DNA from: Candidatus Latescibacterota bacterium
Lineage (GTDB): Bacteria > Latescibacterota > UBA2968 > GCA-2709665
Reading direction: 5' to 3'
Assembly (NCBI GenBank): GCA_965219995.1
Contig: CBDCOX010000002.1
Span: 4,608,001 to 4,672,000 of the forward strand
DNA length: 64,000 nt
Made by a program: the position numbers and the translations under genes. Below the pieces are notes generated by a model. It did no database searches. It was not told the origin of the DNA and was given only the letters and a program-made list of their open reading frames with translations. Of this stretch, positions 46,320-56,495 are shown one piece after another; positions within the stretch are counted from its first letter, which is position 1; each line of letters opens with the position of its first letter.

Positions 46320-47531
46320 ATGGAAAGGCTTCGGATTGCGGTGATCGGTGTGGGCGCGGATCCGGGTTCCAGGTCACGGCAGTATCTCGATACAATCGTC
46401 CGGTTGACGGACCATTACGAACTCATCGGGATCTGCGACCACGACGCACGCGCCCTGGCCCAGGCACCCTCGGGCCCCTCAACGGCCCGCTTCCGGGATA
46501 TCCGGTCGCTCTTTGCCTCGTCCCGGCCCGACGTGGTGCTGAGTATGACGCCCAAGGACTCCCACGTCGTGATCGCGATGACGGCCGCGCGGCATGGGGC
46601 CCATGTCATCACGGAGATTCCCGTGGGGCTCACCCGGCGCTACGCGAGGGCCGTTGCGAGGACGTGCGAGGAACACGACGTGCTGTGGGAGGTAGCGGAG
46701 CAGGTGTGGCTGTGGCCGCGGGAGCGGCTTAAGAGGAGAATTATCGAGGCCGGCCTGCTGGGCGACCTGACGCATTCGCGATTGTGGTACCTGACGGGTC
46801 AATACCACGGATTCAACGGCGTCCGTTCCCTGCTGGGCGAAGAGGCGAAACGCGTGCTGGGCTATTGCGGGGAAGTACCCGCCCTGCCGTACGAGGCCTA
46901 TGGCGGAGAGCCTGAGACCACTGTGAGGTGGGACCACGCGGTGGTGGAATTCGAGAGCGGCATCGCGTGTCTGTTCGAAAAACCGCCGCGCGCCTTTCCC
47001 TCCGCTGCGCAGGGGTTCCCCACCGGCTGGCACGTGGAAGGGACCAGGGGATACATGGACCAGAATCGCCTCGTCCTGTACGGAGACGATGCGTCCCGGG
47101 CGTACGATCTGCAGGAGCGTTACGAGGAAGTCGACGGACAGCAGGTACTGGACGCGGCGCACGTGGATACGGACCCGCCGGTAATCTGGGAAAATCCGTA
47201 CGGAAAGTGGCGGATCGGGTCGGCCGACGACGTCGCCAAGGCGAACATCCTCGTCAGTTTTCACCAGGCGATAACCGAAGGCGGCCGGCCGCAGTACGGA
47301 CATGAAAATGGGTTGAAAGACTGGGAGATCTGCCTGGCGGTGAGGGAGAGTTCCGATCGCGGGAATACCTGGGTCGATTTGCCCCTGGGCGCACCGACGG
47401 AATTGGAGAGCAGGATCGAGGCGGAATTCGTGCGGCGCTACGGCCACGACCCGATTGAAGCGCCTGAAAAACTGTTGGACGCGAATTTCACCCGATCGGC
47501 AACCCTGTGGCCCTTCGCGCACTGGCTGTGA
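46320..47531 (+). CDS. Gfo/Idh/MocA family oxidoreductase
   Basis: LRIAVIGVG, ICD, PDVV..TP..SH, HVITEIP (EKP variant). Confidence 0.8.
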   Translation: MERLRIAVIGVGADPGSRSRQYLDTIVRLTDHYELIGICDHDARALAQAPSGPSTARFRDIRSLFASSRPDVVLSMTPKDSHVVIAMTAARHGAHVITEIPVGLTRRYARAVARTCEEHDVLWEVAEQVWLWPRERLKRRIIEAGLLGDLTHSRLWYLTGQYHGFNGVRSLLGEEAKRVLGYCGEVPALPYEAYGGEPETTVRWDHAVVEFESGIACLFEKPPRAFPSAAQGFPTGWHVEGTRGYMDQNRLVLYGDDASRAYDLQERYEEVDGQQVLDAAHVDTDPPVIWENPYGKWRIGSADDVAKANILVSFHQAITEGGRPQYGHENGLKDWEICLAVRESSDRGNTWVDLPLGAPTELESRIEAEFVRRYGHDPIEAPEKLLDANFTRSATLWPFAHWL

Positions 47532-47627
47532 GAAGAGGGAACGGATGACAGCAACCTCGGGCAACCAGCCCGATCTGCCGACCATGCCGCCGGCCGTTGA
47601 AACTCTGAATCTGGAGAGGACCTGTGC

Positions 47628-48737
47628 GTGAAAATTGACTCCGCGGAAATCAGATACGTGGAACTGCCGCTGATTTCGCCCTGGCGGACCGCTTACGGCG
47701 AGGATGCGTCAATCCATTCCGTGATGGTCAAACTAGGCGGCGGGGGGACGGAGGCCTGGGGCGAGGCGGCGCCGTTCTACGCCCCGACCTATTCGCCCGA
47801 ATCCGCGCGGTCCGTTTATGAGACGGCCCGTGAGTTTTTCCTGCCGCGGATCGTCGGCCATACGCTGGACTCGGCCGATGAAGTCATGGATCGGATGTCG
47901 ATCTTCAAAGGGAATCCGTTCTCCAAAGCAGCCGTGGAAACGGCGTGGTGGGCGCTGGACAGCAAGCTGAACGGCATCCCGCTCTGGCGCGCGCTGGGAG
48001 CTGACGAACCGGTCGTGCGATGCGGCGCCGATTTCGGGGTCCAGGATACGATCGACGAGCTTCTCGCGCTGATTCAGGGTGCGGTGGACGCGGGTTTCCC
48101 GCGGATCAAGCTGAAGGTCAAGCACGGATGGGATATCGAGATGCTGGACGCCGTCAGGTCGGCATTCCCCGATCCGGTGATTCACGTGGACTGTAACTCC
48201 GGCTACAACCTGAAAGCGGATTTTGACACGCTAAAGGCATTCGACCGGTTCAGCCTGGCCATGATCGAACAGCCGCTGGACCATACCGACCTCATCGAGC
48301 ACGCCGAGTTGCAGCGTCGGATCGGGACGCCGGTGTGCCTGGACGAATCCGTGACGCGGCCGCGGGATTTCGAACTTGCGCTGAAGATCGACGCCTGCCG
48401 CGTGATCAACGTGAAGCCGGGGCGCGTGGGCGGGCTGCGCAACGCGGTGCGGATTCACGATATGGCGCGGGACGCGGGGATGGCGGCCTGGGTGGGCGGC
48501 ATGCTCGAGAGCGGGGTGGGCGCCGGGATCTGCGCCGCGCTGGGGACGCTGCCGGGATTCACCTATCCGGCGGACGTGTTTCCGTCTTCCAAATTCTACA
48601 CTGAGGATATCACGGGCCGATGGATCGAACAGGATGAGAATTGCAACGTCGTGCTGGACGACACGCCTGGAGTGGGTTTCGATCCCGTGCCTGAAAGGCT
48701 GGATGCCGTGACGTCAATGTGCGAGGTGATTGACTGA
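47628..48737 (+). CDS. menC: o-succinylbenzoate synthase / N-succinylamino acid racemase-type enolase-superfamily enzyme
   Basis: P.YSPE, RIKLKV, VDCNSGY, IEQPL, CLDES, NVKPGRVGG, GGMLESG; the physiological role may be NSAR rather than menaquinone synthesis. Confidence 0.75.
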   Translation: MKIDSAEIRYVELPLISPWRTAYGEDASIHSVMVKLGGGGTEAWGEAAPFYAPTYSPESARSVYETAREFFLPRIVGHTLDSADEVMDRMSIFKGNPFSKAAVETAWWALDSKLNGIPLWRALGADEPVVRCGADFGVQDTIDELLALIQGAVDAGFPRIKLKVKHGWDIEMLDAVRSAFPDPVIHVDCNSGYNLKADFDTLKAFDRFSLAMIEQPLDHTDLIEHAELQRRIGTPVCLDESVTRPRDFELALKIDACRVINVKPGRVGGLRNAVRIHDMARDAGMAAWVGGMLESGVGAGICAALGTLPGFTYPADVFPSSKFYTEDITGRWIEQDENCNVVLDDTPGVGFDPVPERLDAVTSMCEVID

Positions 48738-48747
48738 GGAGATTCAA

Positions 48748-49562
48748 TGGAAGTGATCTCCCGTCGCTGATGCCAATAGGCGACGGGTTTTTGTGTGAGG
48801 GTGGGGCAGACATTCCTGTCTGCCCACGTGCGATAAAACTGTCATCCTGAGGAAGCGCCCGGCCTGCCAGAGAATCATTGGCAGGCCGGCTGACGAAGGA
48901 TCTACTGCAGCATCGGATTTTATGCTCGGATGTCGGTCACTGACCGCGCCCTGAGCCGCTCCCTGAGCATGCGGTGCCCTGAGCTTGTCGAAGGGTCGAA
49001 GGGTCGGCGAAGGGATTGCGAATCGTTTACGGGCTGCCTGAACGCGGGCATTTCGACAAGCTCAATGACCACGCATTAATAGGCGATCTTCGAATTCGCT
49101 CAGAATGACAGTTTGGCCGATCATTACCGTCGCGGAAGGCCGGGCGCCCACAAGGTACGCCCATACAAAGGCCAGGGGGGTTGAACGTCAAATCTCTTGG
49201 AAGTGATTCCCTCGTCGTTGGCTGAGCATGCGACCGGGTTTTTTGTATGAGGGTGGGGCAGACATTCCTGTCTGCCGACGTGTTCTGAACCTGTCATCCT
49301 GAGGAAGGCGCCCGGCCTGCCGGAGATTCATTGGCAGGCCGGCTGACGAAGGATCTACTGCAGCATCGGATTTTATGCTCGGATGTCGGTCACTGACCGC
49401 GCCCTGAGCCGCTCCCTGAGCATGCGGTGCCCTGAGCTTGTCGAAGGGTCGAAGGGTCGGCGAAGGGATTGCGAATCGTTTACGGGCTGCCTGAACGCGG
49501 GCATTTCGACAAGCTCAATGACCACGCATTAGTAGGCGATCTTCGCTGCGCTCAGAATGGCA
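48748..49562 (+). repeat. Direct duplication (about 450-bp period) of a composite block of nested REP-like elements
   Basis: 48748-49091 versus 49198-49562, nearly identical over the central ~250 bp; lies between convergent genes. Confidence 0.9.
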
Positions 49563-49627
49563 TGTTTTGCAATGGCAATATGCGAAATGTCTCGGTCATA
49601 CGTTTGCCGGGACTGTCATCCTGAGGA

Positions 49628-50977
49628 TCAGGCGAACAGCTGTGCCAGCAGGTCGCTCGCGAGGGTCTCCATGGCAGGCGCGGTGCCGACGCCGCCCAGG
49701 GAGGAGTTGGCCGCCCAGGTCTCATATCCGCCTTCTTCGGTAAGGGCTTTGTCGGTGCAGATATAGCCGATGTAACCATTGGCGAGGCTCACGATGAAGA
49801 CAGGGCCGGCGGATGCTTGCGACTTGATGTTCAAACCTGATTCGACGAACACCTCTCCCGGCAGGGCCGCGATGGCGGCGTTGCCGAGTCTGAAGGTCTG
49901 TACGATGGCGTTCATTCTGGACGGGAGTTTCGCGAGGCGTTGACATTCCAGGGCGTAGATATCGACGATCGACCGGGGGATGGGTTGACCCACGACCCAA
50001 CTGAAGGGGCCGTCATCGTATCGGGGTGGATTGTCCGGCGACGCGAGGATTCTATCGGCCATCTCCAGGTCTTCGGGTGTGATCGTCCTGGGCGCGAAAT
50101 CGAACGTACCGGTCGCGGACGCAAGATCAAGGGTATCCTGCATCTCCATAAGCTGGATTTCCGTGAGCATGTGGCCGGCAAGAACGTTGGCCATTTTTTT
50201 CGCATGGACGTGGCCCCGGTCTTTCCATCTGCGGCGCCCGCTGAAGTCGATATTATTGATCTGGCCGGACGCGGCGTTCCAGAGCAGCGGGACGCACTCC
50301 CCGCCCAGGTAACCCTGCATCTGCCGGAAGAAGTGCCCGAAATAATCCGCCGAAATGCCGCCGCCGGCGCCGATATAGTGGAGCGAGTAACAGGCAACCG
50401 CCGAGACCGGGTTGCCATCCAGGTCTTCCACGTAGAACATCGCGAGTTCGGGATCGGTGGGGCCGGAAGGTTCGATCAGATTCGGATCGGCCACGCCCGG
50501 ATTCATCCGTACGGTTCCGTCCTTCATCCGCCAGCGGCGATTGAATGCGATACGGTCTTCCTCCACGCTGGCAAAGCCGATTCGCGCGGGGCGCAGGCGG
50601 CGGCACGCCAGTTCGGCGGCGTCGGCGATCTTGAGGTGGAGCCATTCGATATAGTCTGAGTCGCCGTCCGTACCCAGCAGATCGGCGATGCCGCCCCCGC
50701 TGTGCGTATGGGTCGCGTTGATCATCGTGTGATCGACGGGGATGCCGCACCTCTTCGCAACGCGCTGCCTGGCGGGTTCCGCGATGTTCTGCGGCATAGC
50801 GATGAGATCGCAGGTGATGAAGGCCAGGCGGGTGCGGCCGTTGTCCAGCACGAGGGCCTTCGCCAGGAGTTCGTCGTGCACGTCTTCGGCGTACCCTGCC
50901 CGATGCCCGCCCGGAATGGTCACGCCCAGCCATGGGGTGATGTTGGCCGTGGCGGCGCCTGCCTGTAGAGTGCCCAT
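49628..50977 (-). CDS. Neutral/alkaline ceramidase-like fold hydrolase
   Basis: LQAGAATANITP, VHDELLAKALVLD, ATHTHSG, FNRRW, H motif, ALPGEVF.E.G..IK, ANGYIGYI, GGYE. Confidence 0.8.
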   Translation of the reverse strand: MGTLQAGAATANITPWLGVTIPGGHRAGYAEDVHDELLAKALVLDNGRTRLAFITCDLIAMPQNIAEPARQRVAKRCGIPVDHTMINATHTHSGGGIADLLGTDGDSDYIEWLHLKIADAAELACRRLRPARIGFASVEEDRIAFNRRWRMKDGTVRMNPGVADPNLIEPSGPTDPELAMFYVEDLDGNPVSAVACYSLHYIGAGGGISADYFGHFFRQMQGYLGGECVPLLWNAASGQINNIDFSGRRRWKDRGHVHAKKMANVLAGHMLTEIQLMEMQDTLDLASATGTFDFAPRTITPEDLEMADRILASPDNPPRYDDGPFSWVVGQPIPRSIVDIYALECQRLAKLPSRMNAIVQTFRLGNAAIAALPGEVFVESGLNIKSQASAGPVFIVSLANGYIGYICTDKALTEEGGYETWAANSSLGGVGTAPAMETLASDLLAQLFA

Positions 50978-51001
50978 AGCAGATCTCCTCAAATGACGGA
51001 G

Positions 51002-52003
51002 CTATTCGATTCTCAGAAACTCGCCGCCCCTGCGAGCGGATGCTTCCGCCATGATGCATGCTTTGGCGACAGCCAGTACGTCCGAGGTCGATATGAAATT
51101 CTCTTCGTCACTGGAGAATGCGTTCACCATGCGCTCCACAAAGCCGGTGTTGCGCTCAGGCGGGAATTCGGGTTCGTAAGCGCCCTTGCCGTCGGCGACG
51201 ATCAACAGGCTGTCCGACGCGTAGGCCCGGAGGTGGGCCGAACCCTTTGTGCCCATGATGATGAAGCGCGTGTCGCCGAAGGACGGGGAGTCAACGGGCG
51301 TCAGCCAATCCGCCGTGAGCAGCGCGCACGCTCCCGTGCTCATCTGAAACGATGCCTGAACGTGGTCCATCTCCAGCCTTTGGGGCCCGTGTGTGTGTTT
51401 CTTGCATGTGCCGATGGCGTGGACGCCCACGCATTCCGCGCCCGTGAGCCATCGGACCTGGTCCACGCCGTGGCACGCGACGTCGCTGAACGTGCCCGTA
51501 TAGATTTCGGGATCGAAATACCAGTCGGGCGCCCAGTCGCCCAGTTTGTGGGGATGGGTGGAAATCAGGCTGACGATTTCCCCGAGTTCTCCCGCCAGAA
51601 CGGCTTCCCTCAGTGCAATGAAGGGCGGGTAACTGCGAGAGGTGTAGAACATTGTCAGGCGGACGTTGTGGCTCCGGACCGCGGTCCGGATGCGGTTCCA
51701 GTCCTCCAGGGACCGGCACAGCGGCTTGTCCAGAAAGACGTGTGCGCCGGCCGCGGCGCAGGTTTCGACCATGTCCACCTTTTCGTGATGGCCCACGCCC
51801 TCCATGACGACCTCGGCCCGGGTTGCGTCCAGCATATCCTGGAGGGTGGGAAAACGGGGGATCTCGTTATTACGTGTGTATTGTTCGTACAGGGCGTCGT
51901 CCGGCTCCACGATGCCAACCAGTTCCGCATTGGGGGCGTTGACGGCCGACCGGAACATGCCCCCGATGTGTCCGTAGTGCAGGCCCATGACTGCGATTTT
52001 CAT
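51002..52003 (-). CDS. Gfo/Idh/MocA family oxidoreductase
   Basis: MKIAVMG, HVFLDKP, D...HGVD...WLTG, GTKGS. Confidence 0.85.
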   Translation of the reverse strand: MKIAVMGLHYGHIGGMFRSAVNAPNAELVGIVEPDDALYEQYTRNNEIPRFPTLQDMLDATRAEVVMEGVGHHEKVDMVETCAAAGAHVFLDKPLCRSLEDWNRIRTAVRSHNVRLTMFYTSRSYPPFIALREAVLAGELGEIVSLISTHPHKLGDWAPDWYFDPEIYTGTFSDVACHGVDQVRWLTGAECVGVHAIGTCKKHTHGPQRLEMDHVQASFQMSTGACALLTADWLTPVDSPSFGDTRFIIMGTKGSAHLRAYASDSLLIVADGKGAYEPEFPPERNTGFVERMVNAFSSDEENFISTSDVLAVAKACIMAEASARRGGEFLRIE

Positions 52004-52024
52004 AAGTACGGCTCCCGATTGCAC

Positions 52025-53143
52025 CTACCCGGCATACCGCTCGACCCTTTCTCGGTCCAGTTCGACTCCCAGGCCCGGTGTTGTGGGTATGGTGAGCAGG
52101 CCGTCGTCGTCGAGCCGGAAGGGTTCGGTCAGGATATCTTCGATGTACGGCGACGGCGTGATGTATTCCACCCAGCGCGCCGTGGGGTGGGCTGCGGCGA
52201 GATGGAGATCGGCGGCCAGGCCGACTGCGGTATTCCATCCGTGGGTGACCAGAAGGACATTGTGGTTGCAGGCATGCCAGAGGATGCGCCGGGTCTCCGA
52301 CAGGCCGCCGACTTTGGTGGCATCCGGCTGTACGATGTCGAAAGCGCCGCGCGCGATCCAGGGCAGGAAGCTCTGCCGGCGGGTCAGGACTTCACCTCCT
52401 GCGATCGGTACCGGCGCGTTTCGACGGAGGGCGATGAATCCTTCCATATCGTCCGGAGGCAGGGCCTCCTCGAACCAGACCACGTCGTAGTCCGCGAGCA
52501 TCCGGGCCGATTCGAGCGCCCACTTGTACCCGTGCGGCCAGAACTGATCGCTCCCGCCGGCGTCAACCATCAGTTCGACGTCCGGGCCCACCGTCTCGCG
52601 GGCGAGTCTGACGAGCCGCTCGTCGGTTCGCTTGTCCACGCGACCAAACGGACCCCACCCGAGTTTGAGGGCGCGGAAGCCGCGGGAAACGGCCGACTCC
52701 AGGGTCTGCCGGAAATCGTCCTCGCCAGCCTCGAAGAGGAGAGAGCCGTAGGGTTTGATCCTGCGCCGGTAATAGCCGCCCAGGAGGCGGCCCACGGGTT
52801 GCCCGCTGGCCTTGCCCAGAAGGTCCCACAGCGCGATGTCGATTCCCGATACGGCATGCGTGACCGAGCCGCCCCGGCCCTGCCAGAATGTCGATTGGTG
52901 GAGTTTTTCGGAGACCCGTTCCGGTTCGATGGCCGATTCGCCGATAAAGTGTGGCTTGAGAAGGTCAAGCGCGGCGTCGACCAGGGCCTTGCTCGTGGCG
53001 ACGCTACCAAGCCCGGTGAGACCGCTGTCGGTATGCACTTCCACAAGGGTGTGCAGGTTTTCCGCCGGCGGGGTTTCGGCCGTCCAGCCCGACTTGGGCG
53101 TTGCGCCCTGGAGAGCGATTGTCTGAATGCCGGTGATTTTCAT
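52025..53143 (-). CDS. Mandelate racemase/muconate-lactonizing enzyme family (acid-sugar dehydratase-like)
   Basis: SGIDIALWDLLGK, LMVDAG, WFEEAL, IAGGE, QPDATKVGGLSE, H.W, PGLGVE. Confidence 0.88.
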   Translation of the reverse strand: MKITGIQTIALQGATPKSGWTAETPPAENLHTLVEVHTDSGLTGLGSVATSKALVDAALDLLKPHFIGESAIEPERVSEKLHQSTFWQGRGGSVTHAVSGIDIALWDLLGKASGQPVGRLLGGYYRRRIKPYGSLLFEAGEDDFRQTLESAVSRGFRALKLGWGPFGRVDKRTDERLVRLARETVGPDVELMVDAGGSDQFWPHGYKWALESARMLADYDVVWFEEALPPDDMEGFIALRRNAPVPIAGGEVLTRRQSFLPWIARGAFDIVQPDATKVGGLSETRRILWHACNHNVLLVTHGWNTAVGLAADLHLAAAHPTARWVEYITPSPYIEDILTEPFRLDDDGLLTIPTTPGLGVELDRERVERYAG

Positions 53144-53454
53144 ATTTTCCGATCAGTGAGGAAAGAAGCCGGGAGCGTCGCGACGTCCGGGTCCGGGTCG
53201 TGAACGTCAAAGAAGCGTTTGAGCCTGCGCTCGTGATCACGCGAATGCATGTTGAATGTTCCAATATATGGAATCCGTTCGCACGCTTCAACAGGTATTC
53301 GCGAATTGCCGGCGCAACCGGCGTGGCAGCGATCTGCCATTTTGGCAGTTTGCGGACTTTCGGTTGCCCCGATTTGGAGTGCTACGAATTTCCTGAGCGA
53401 GACATAATCCGTAAATATATATATTACAATAATTTATTGACATAGTGCTTTTTC

Positions 53455-53470
53455 GGGCACAATAGTTGCA
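53455..53470 (+). promoter_or_regulatory. Candidate sigma54 (-24/-12) promoter upstream of lon
   Basis: GGGCACAATAGTTGCA fits GGCAC-N5-TTGCA; AT-rich stretch upstream. Confidence 0.45.
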
Positions 53471-53494
53471 GGTGTTCAGTCTCTGCGAGGGAGA

Positions 53495-53785
53495 CCCTCA
53501 CCCCCCAACCCCCTCTCCCAAGGGGAGAGGGGGAGCAGACAGCTTGAGGCAAAACCGGGACACCGCGAGGGGATCACAGTTTCCCTTTCCGTCAGGAAGA
53601 GGGTAGGTCTCGTAAAAGCGGGTAGAAGTAAGACGTGAGGCGGGAGATGACATCAGAGCCTGTTCGGTATCATCTCTTGCCAGCGGCATAATGGAAGAAC
53701 CAAACGGGCAAGGACGTCATCTACCGTCTACCCTCTACCGTCTCACCGCTTTCATCTTCCGTCTTGCGTCTCACGTCTCACCGAA
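53495..53785 (+). repeat. Intergenic repeats: CCCTCTCCC...GGGAGAGGG hairpin and heptamer-like (TACCGTC/TCACGTC) arrays
   Basis: Inverted homologues at 60564-60603 and about 60614-60700. Confidence 0.75.
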
Positions 53786-53819
53786 GTTGGATGGTTGACA
53801 AGCAGAAGGAGCAGACAGA

Positions 53820-56324
53820 ATGTCGAATGAGACGACGCCAAAGAGCATCGAAGTGATTGACGGGTCGCACGTGCCCGGTGAGGTGCCCGTGTTAAGAAGC
53901 AGGGACGTGGTGATCTTTCCTTACATGCTGTCGCCGTTGTCTGTCGAAAGCGAACAGGCGATCCGGGCGGTGGATACGGCCGTGAACGGCGGACATCGGG
54001 TCGTTGCGTTGTTCGGGCAGAAGCCGGGTAAGGAGCCGGAGAAACCCGAACCTGAGAACGACGGCGCCGAGGAGGAAGCAGAGATTCAAGCCGAGGACCT
54101 GTATCAGGTGGGTACCGCGGTGCAGGTGGTCCGGATGCAGCGAACGACCGACAACAAGCTGCAGGTCCTCGTCAACGGCATCGCCCGCGTGGGTCTCGAG
54201 GCACTGGTTCAGACCGCGCCCTATCCGCTGGCGCGGATCAGGGTGTTGGACGGCTGGGCTGAAAAGACGAACGAGTTGGAGGCGCTTTCCCAGAACGTGA
54301 TGGACCTGTTCAAAAGGGCGATGGACCTGGTGCCCAATGTGCCGAAAGAGCTGATCGCGGCGCTGGATTCACTGAGCGAACCGGAGAAGAAGGCGGACTT
54401 CATCGCGTCCCAGTTCAACCTGAGGTTCGAGGAGCGCCAGGAGGTGTTGTCCGAGCTCAACCTCCGGCTGAGGTTCGAGCTGATTCACAAGGTTCTGACA
54501 CGGGAAGTCGAAATCCTGGAACTGCGGCAGAAGATCCAGAGCGATGCCGCCGGTTCGATGGACGAAGCGCAGCGCGAATATTTCCTCCGACAACAGCTCA
54601 ACGCGATTCGAGAGGAGCTCGGTGAGGGCGAGGATGAGGCCGAGGAGATCGAGGAGACGCGGGAGAAGATCGAAGCGGCCGGGATGACCGGCGAGGCGCG
54701 GAAGGCCGCCGACCGCGAGCTCTCGCGGATGGAGAGAATGCCGGGGGAATCGGCGGAATATACCGTCTCGCGGACCTATCTCGACTGGCTGGTTGAATTG
54801 CCGTGGAGCAAGTCGAGCGAAGACCGCATCGACGTGGACCGGGCGCAGAAGATCCTGGACGACGACCACTACGGCATTGAAAAACCCAAGGACCGGATTC
54901 TGGAATATCTGGCCGTAAGAAGGCTTAAAAACGACATGCGGGGTCCGATTCTGTGCCTGGTGGGTCCGCCGGGCACAGGGAAGACCTCGCTGGGCCGTTC
55001 CGTGGCCCGAGCCCTGGACCGCACTTTTGTCCGGATATCGCTGGGCGGCGTCCGGGATGAATCGGAGGTCCGGGGCCACCGGAGGACCTACGTGGGCGCG
55101 CTGCCGGGTCGGATCATCCAGGGGCTGCGGCGGGCGGGTACGAACAATCCTGTCTTCATGCTGGATGAGATCGACAAACTGGGCGCGGATTTCCGCGGCG
55201 ACCCGTCCGCGGCGCTGCTGGAAGTACTGGATCCGGAGCAGAACTGCCGGTTCGAGGACCATTACCTCGACGTGCCGTTCGATCTTTCGCAGGTGATGTT
55301 CATCGCCACCGCGAATACCCTGCATACGATCCCGCCCGCGCTGCTGGACCGGATGGAGGTCCTCGAACTTCCGGGCTATACCGAGCAGGAAAAGCTGCAA
55401 ATCGCCCGCATCTACCTGGTGCCCAGGCAGCTTGACGAGCACGGGTTGACGGAGAGTCGGCTGGCGATCGACAACGATGCGTTAACGGGCCTGATCCGAT
55501 ACTATACCTGCGAGGCGGGGTTGCGAAACCTCGAGAGGGCGGTGGGAACGCTCTGCCGCAAGGTTGCGCGCCGGTTCGCGCAGGGCCGGAAGCGAAAGGT
55601 CAGCGTCAAGACCAGGCACCTGCACGAATACCTGGGGCCGCGGCAGTTCCAGCACGAAATCGCGGAGGACGATGATGAGGTGGGCGTTGCGGCGGGACTG
55701 GCTGTGACGTCCGCGGGCGGCGACGTGATGTTCGTGGAGGCCACGCTGATGCCCGGGGGCGGGAATCTGAATTTGACCGGCCAGGTGGGGGACGTGATGC
55801 AGGAGTCCGTCCAGGCCGCGATGACGTACGTGCGTTCGCGGTGGGAGCGCCTGGGCCTGCCCGAAAAATTCAACGTGGAGAAGGACGTGCACGTCCACGC
55901 GCCGGCGGGAGCCGTGCCGAAGGACGGCCCGTCCGCGGGGATAACGATGGCGGCCGTCCTGGCGTCGGTGTTTACGGGTCGTCCGGTCCGGAAGGACGTG
56001 GCGATGACAGGGGAAATCACGCTGCGGGGCAAGGTCCTGCCGGTTGGGGGCGTGCGGGACAAGATACTGGCGGCCCACCGCGCGGGTTTCCGGACGGTGA
56101 TTCTACCTGCGAAAAACCGGAAGGACCTGGAGGAAGTGCCGGACACGATCCGGAAGGACGTGAAACTGGTGTTCGCCGACCACGTGGACAAGGTGCTGAA
56201 CACCGTGTTGTTGAAGAAGCGAAGGGCGTCGACCGGACGCCGGTCGCCGGCAGCAGGGAGCAGGCCGTCGGTCCGCACCGGCAACCGTCCAAGACCTGCC
56301 GTGAGCGCGGATTCCGGTAAGTAA
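53820..56324 (+). CDS. lon: ATP-dependent Lon protease
   Basis: LON N-domain, GPPGTGKTS, RRTYVGALPG, LDEIDK, PKDGPSAG, TGEITLRG..GG..DK. Confidence 0.97.
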   Translation: MSNETTPKSIEVIDGSHVPGEVPVLRSRDVVIFPYMLSPLSVESEQAIRAVDTAVNGGHRVVALFGQKPGKEPEKPEPENDGAEEEAEIQAEDLYQVGTAVQVVRMQRTTDNKLQVLVNGIARVGLEALVQTAPYPLARIRVLDGWAEKTNELEALSQNVMDLFKRAMDLVPNVPKELIAALDSLSEPEKKADFIASQFNLRFEERQEVLSELNLRLRFELIHKVLTREVEILELRQKIQSDAAGSMDEAQREYFLRQQLNAIREELGEGEDEAEEIEETREKIEAAGMTGEARKAADRELSRMERMPGESAEYTVSRTYLDWLVELPWSKSSEDRIDVDRAQKILDDDHYGIEKPKDRILEYLAVRRLKNDMRGPILCLVGPPGTGKTSLGRSVARALDRTFVRISLGGVRDESEVRGHRRTYVGALPGRIIQGLRRAGTNNPVFMLDEIDKLGADFRGDPSAALLEVLDPEQNCRFEDHYLDVPFDLSQVMFIATANTLHTIPPALLDRMEVLELPGYTEQEKLQIARIYLVPRQLDEHGLTESRLAIDNDALTGLIRYYTCEAGLRNLERAVGTLCRKVARRFAQGRKRKVSVKTRHLHEYLGPRQFQHEIAEDDDEVGVAAGLAVTSAGGDVMFVEATLMPGGGNLNLTGQVGDVMQESVQAAMTYVRSRWERLGLPEKFNVEKDVHVHAPAGAVPKDGPSAGITMAAVLASVFTGRPVRKDVAMTGEITLRGKVLPVGGVRDKILAAHRAGFRTVILPAKNRKDLEEVPDTIRKDVKLVFADHVDKVLNTVLLKKRRASTGRRSPAAGSRPSVRTGNRPRPAVSADSGK

Positions 56325-56360
56325 GGGGTCCGCAGGGATGGCAGAAAGCATGTCTGTCGA

Positions 56361-56407
56361 ACAAAAAAGGGTCGAACCGCGCAACAGCGGCTTCGACCCT
56401 TTTTTGT
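56361..56407. terminator. Bidirectional intrinsic terminator
   Basis: ACAAAAAAGGGTCGAA...TTCGACCCTTTTTTGT between convergent genes. Confidence 0.85.
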
Positions 56408-56495
56408 CTCACGATCGTTCAGATGGGATTCTCGATTCGGGACATAATCTCGCTGTACGCCGGATGCTGTCCGGTGCCGGGTCTGAAGGATATCG

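Noticed and set aside
50993-53203. 736-aa plus-strand ORF
   Set aside because: Antisense to two clear enzyme genes that share a frame register; no recognisable motifs
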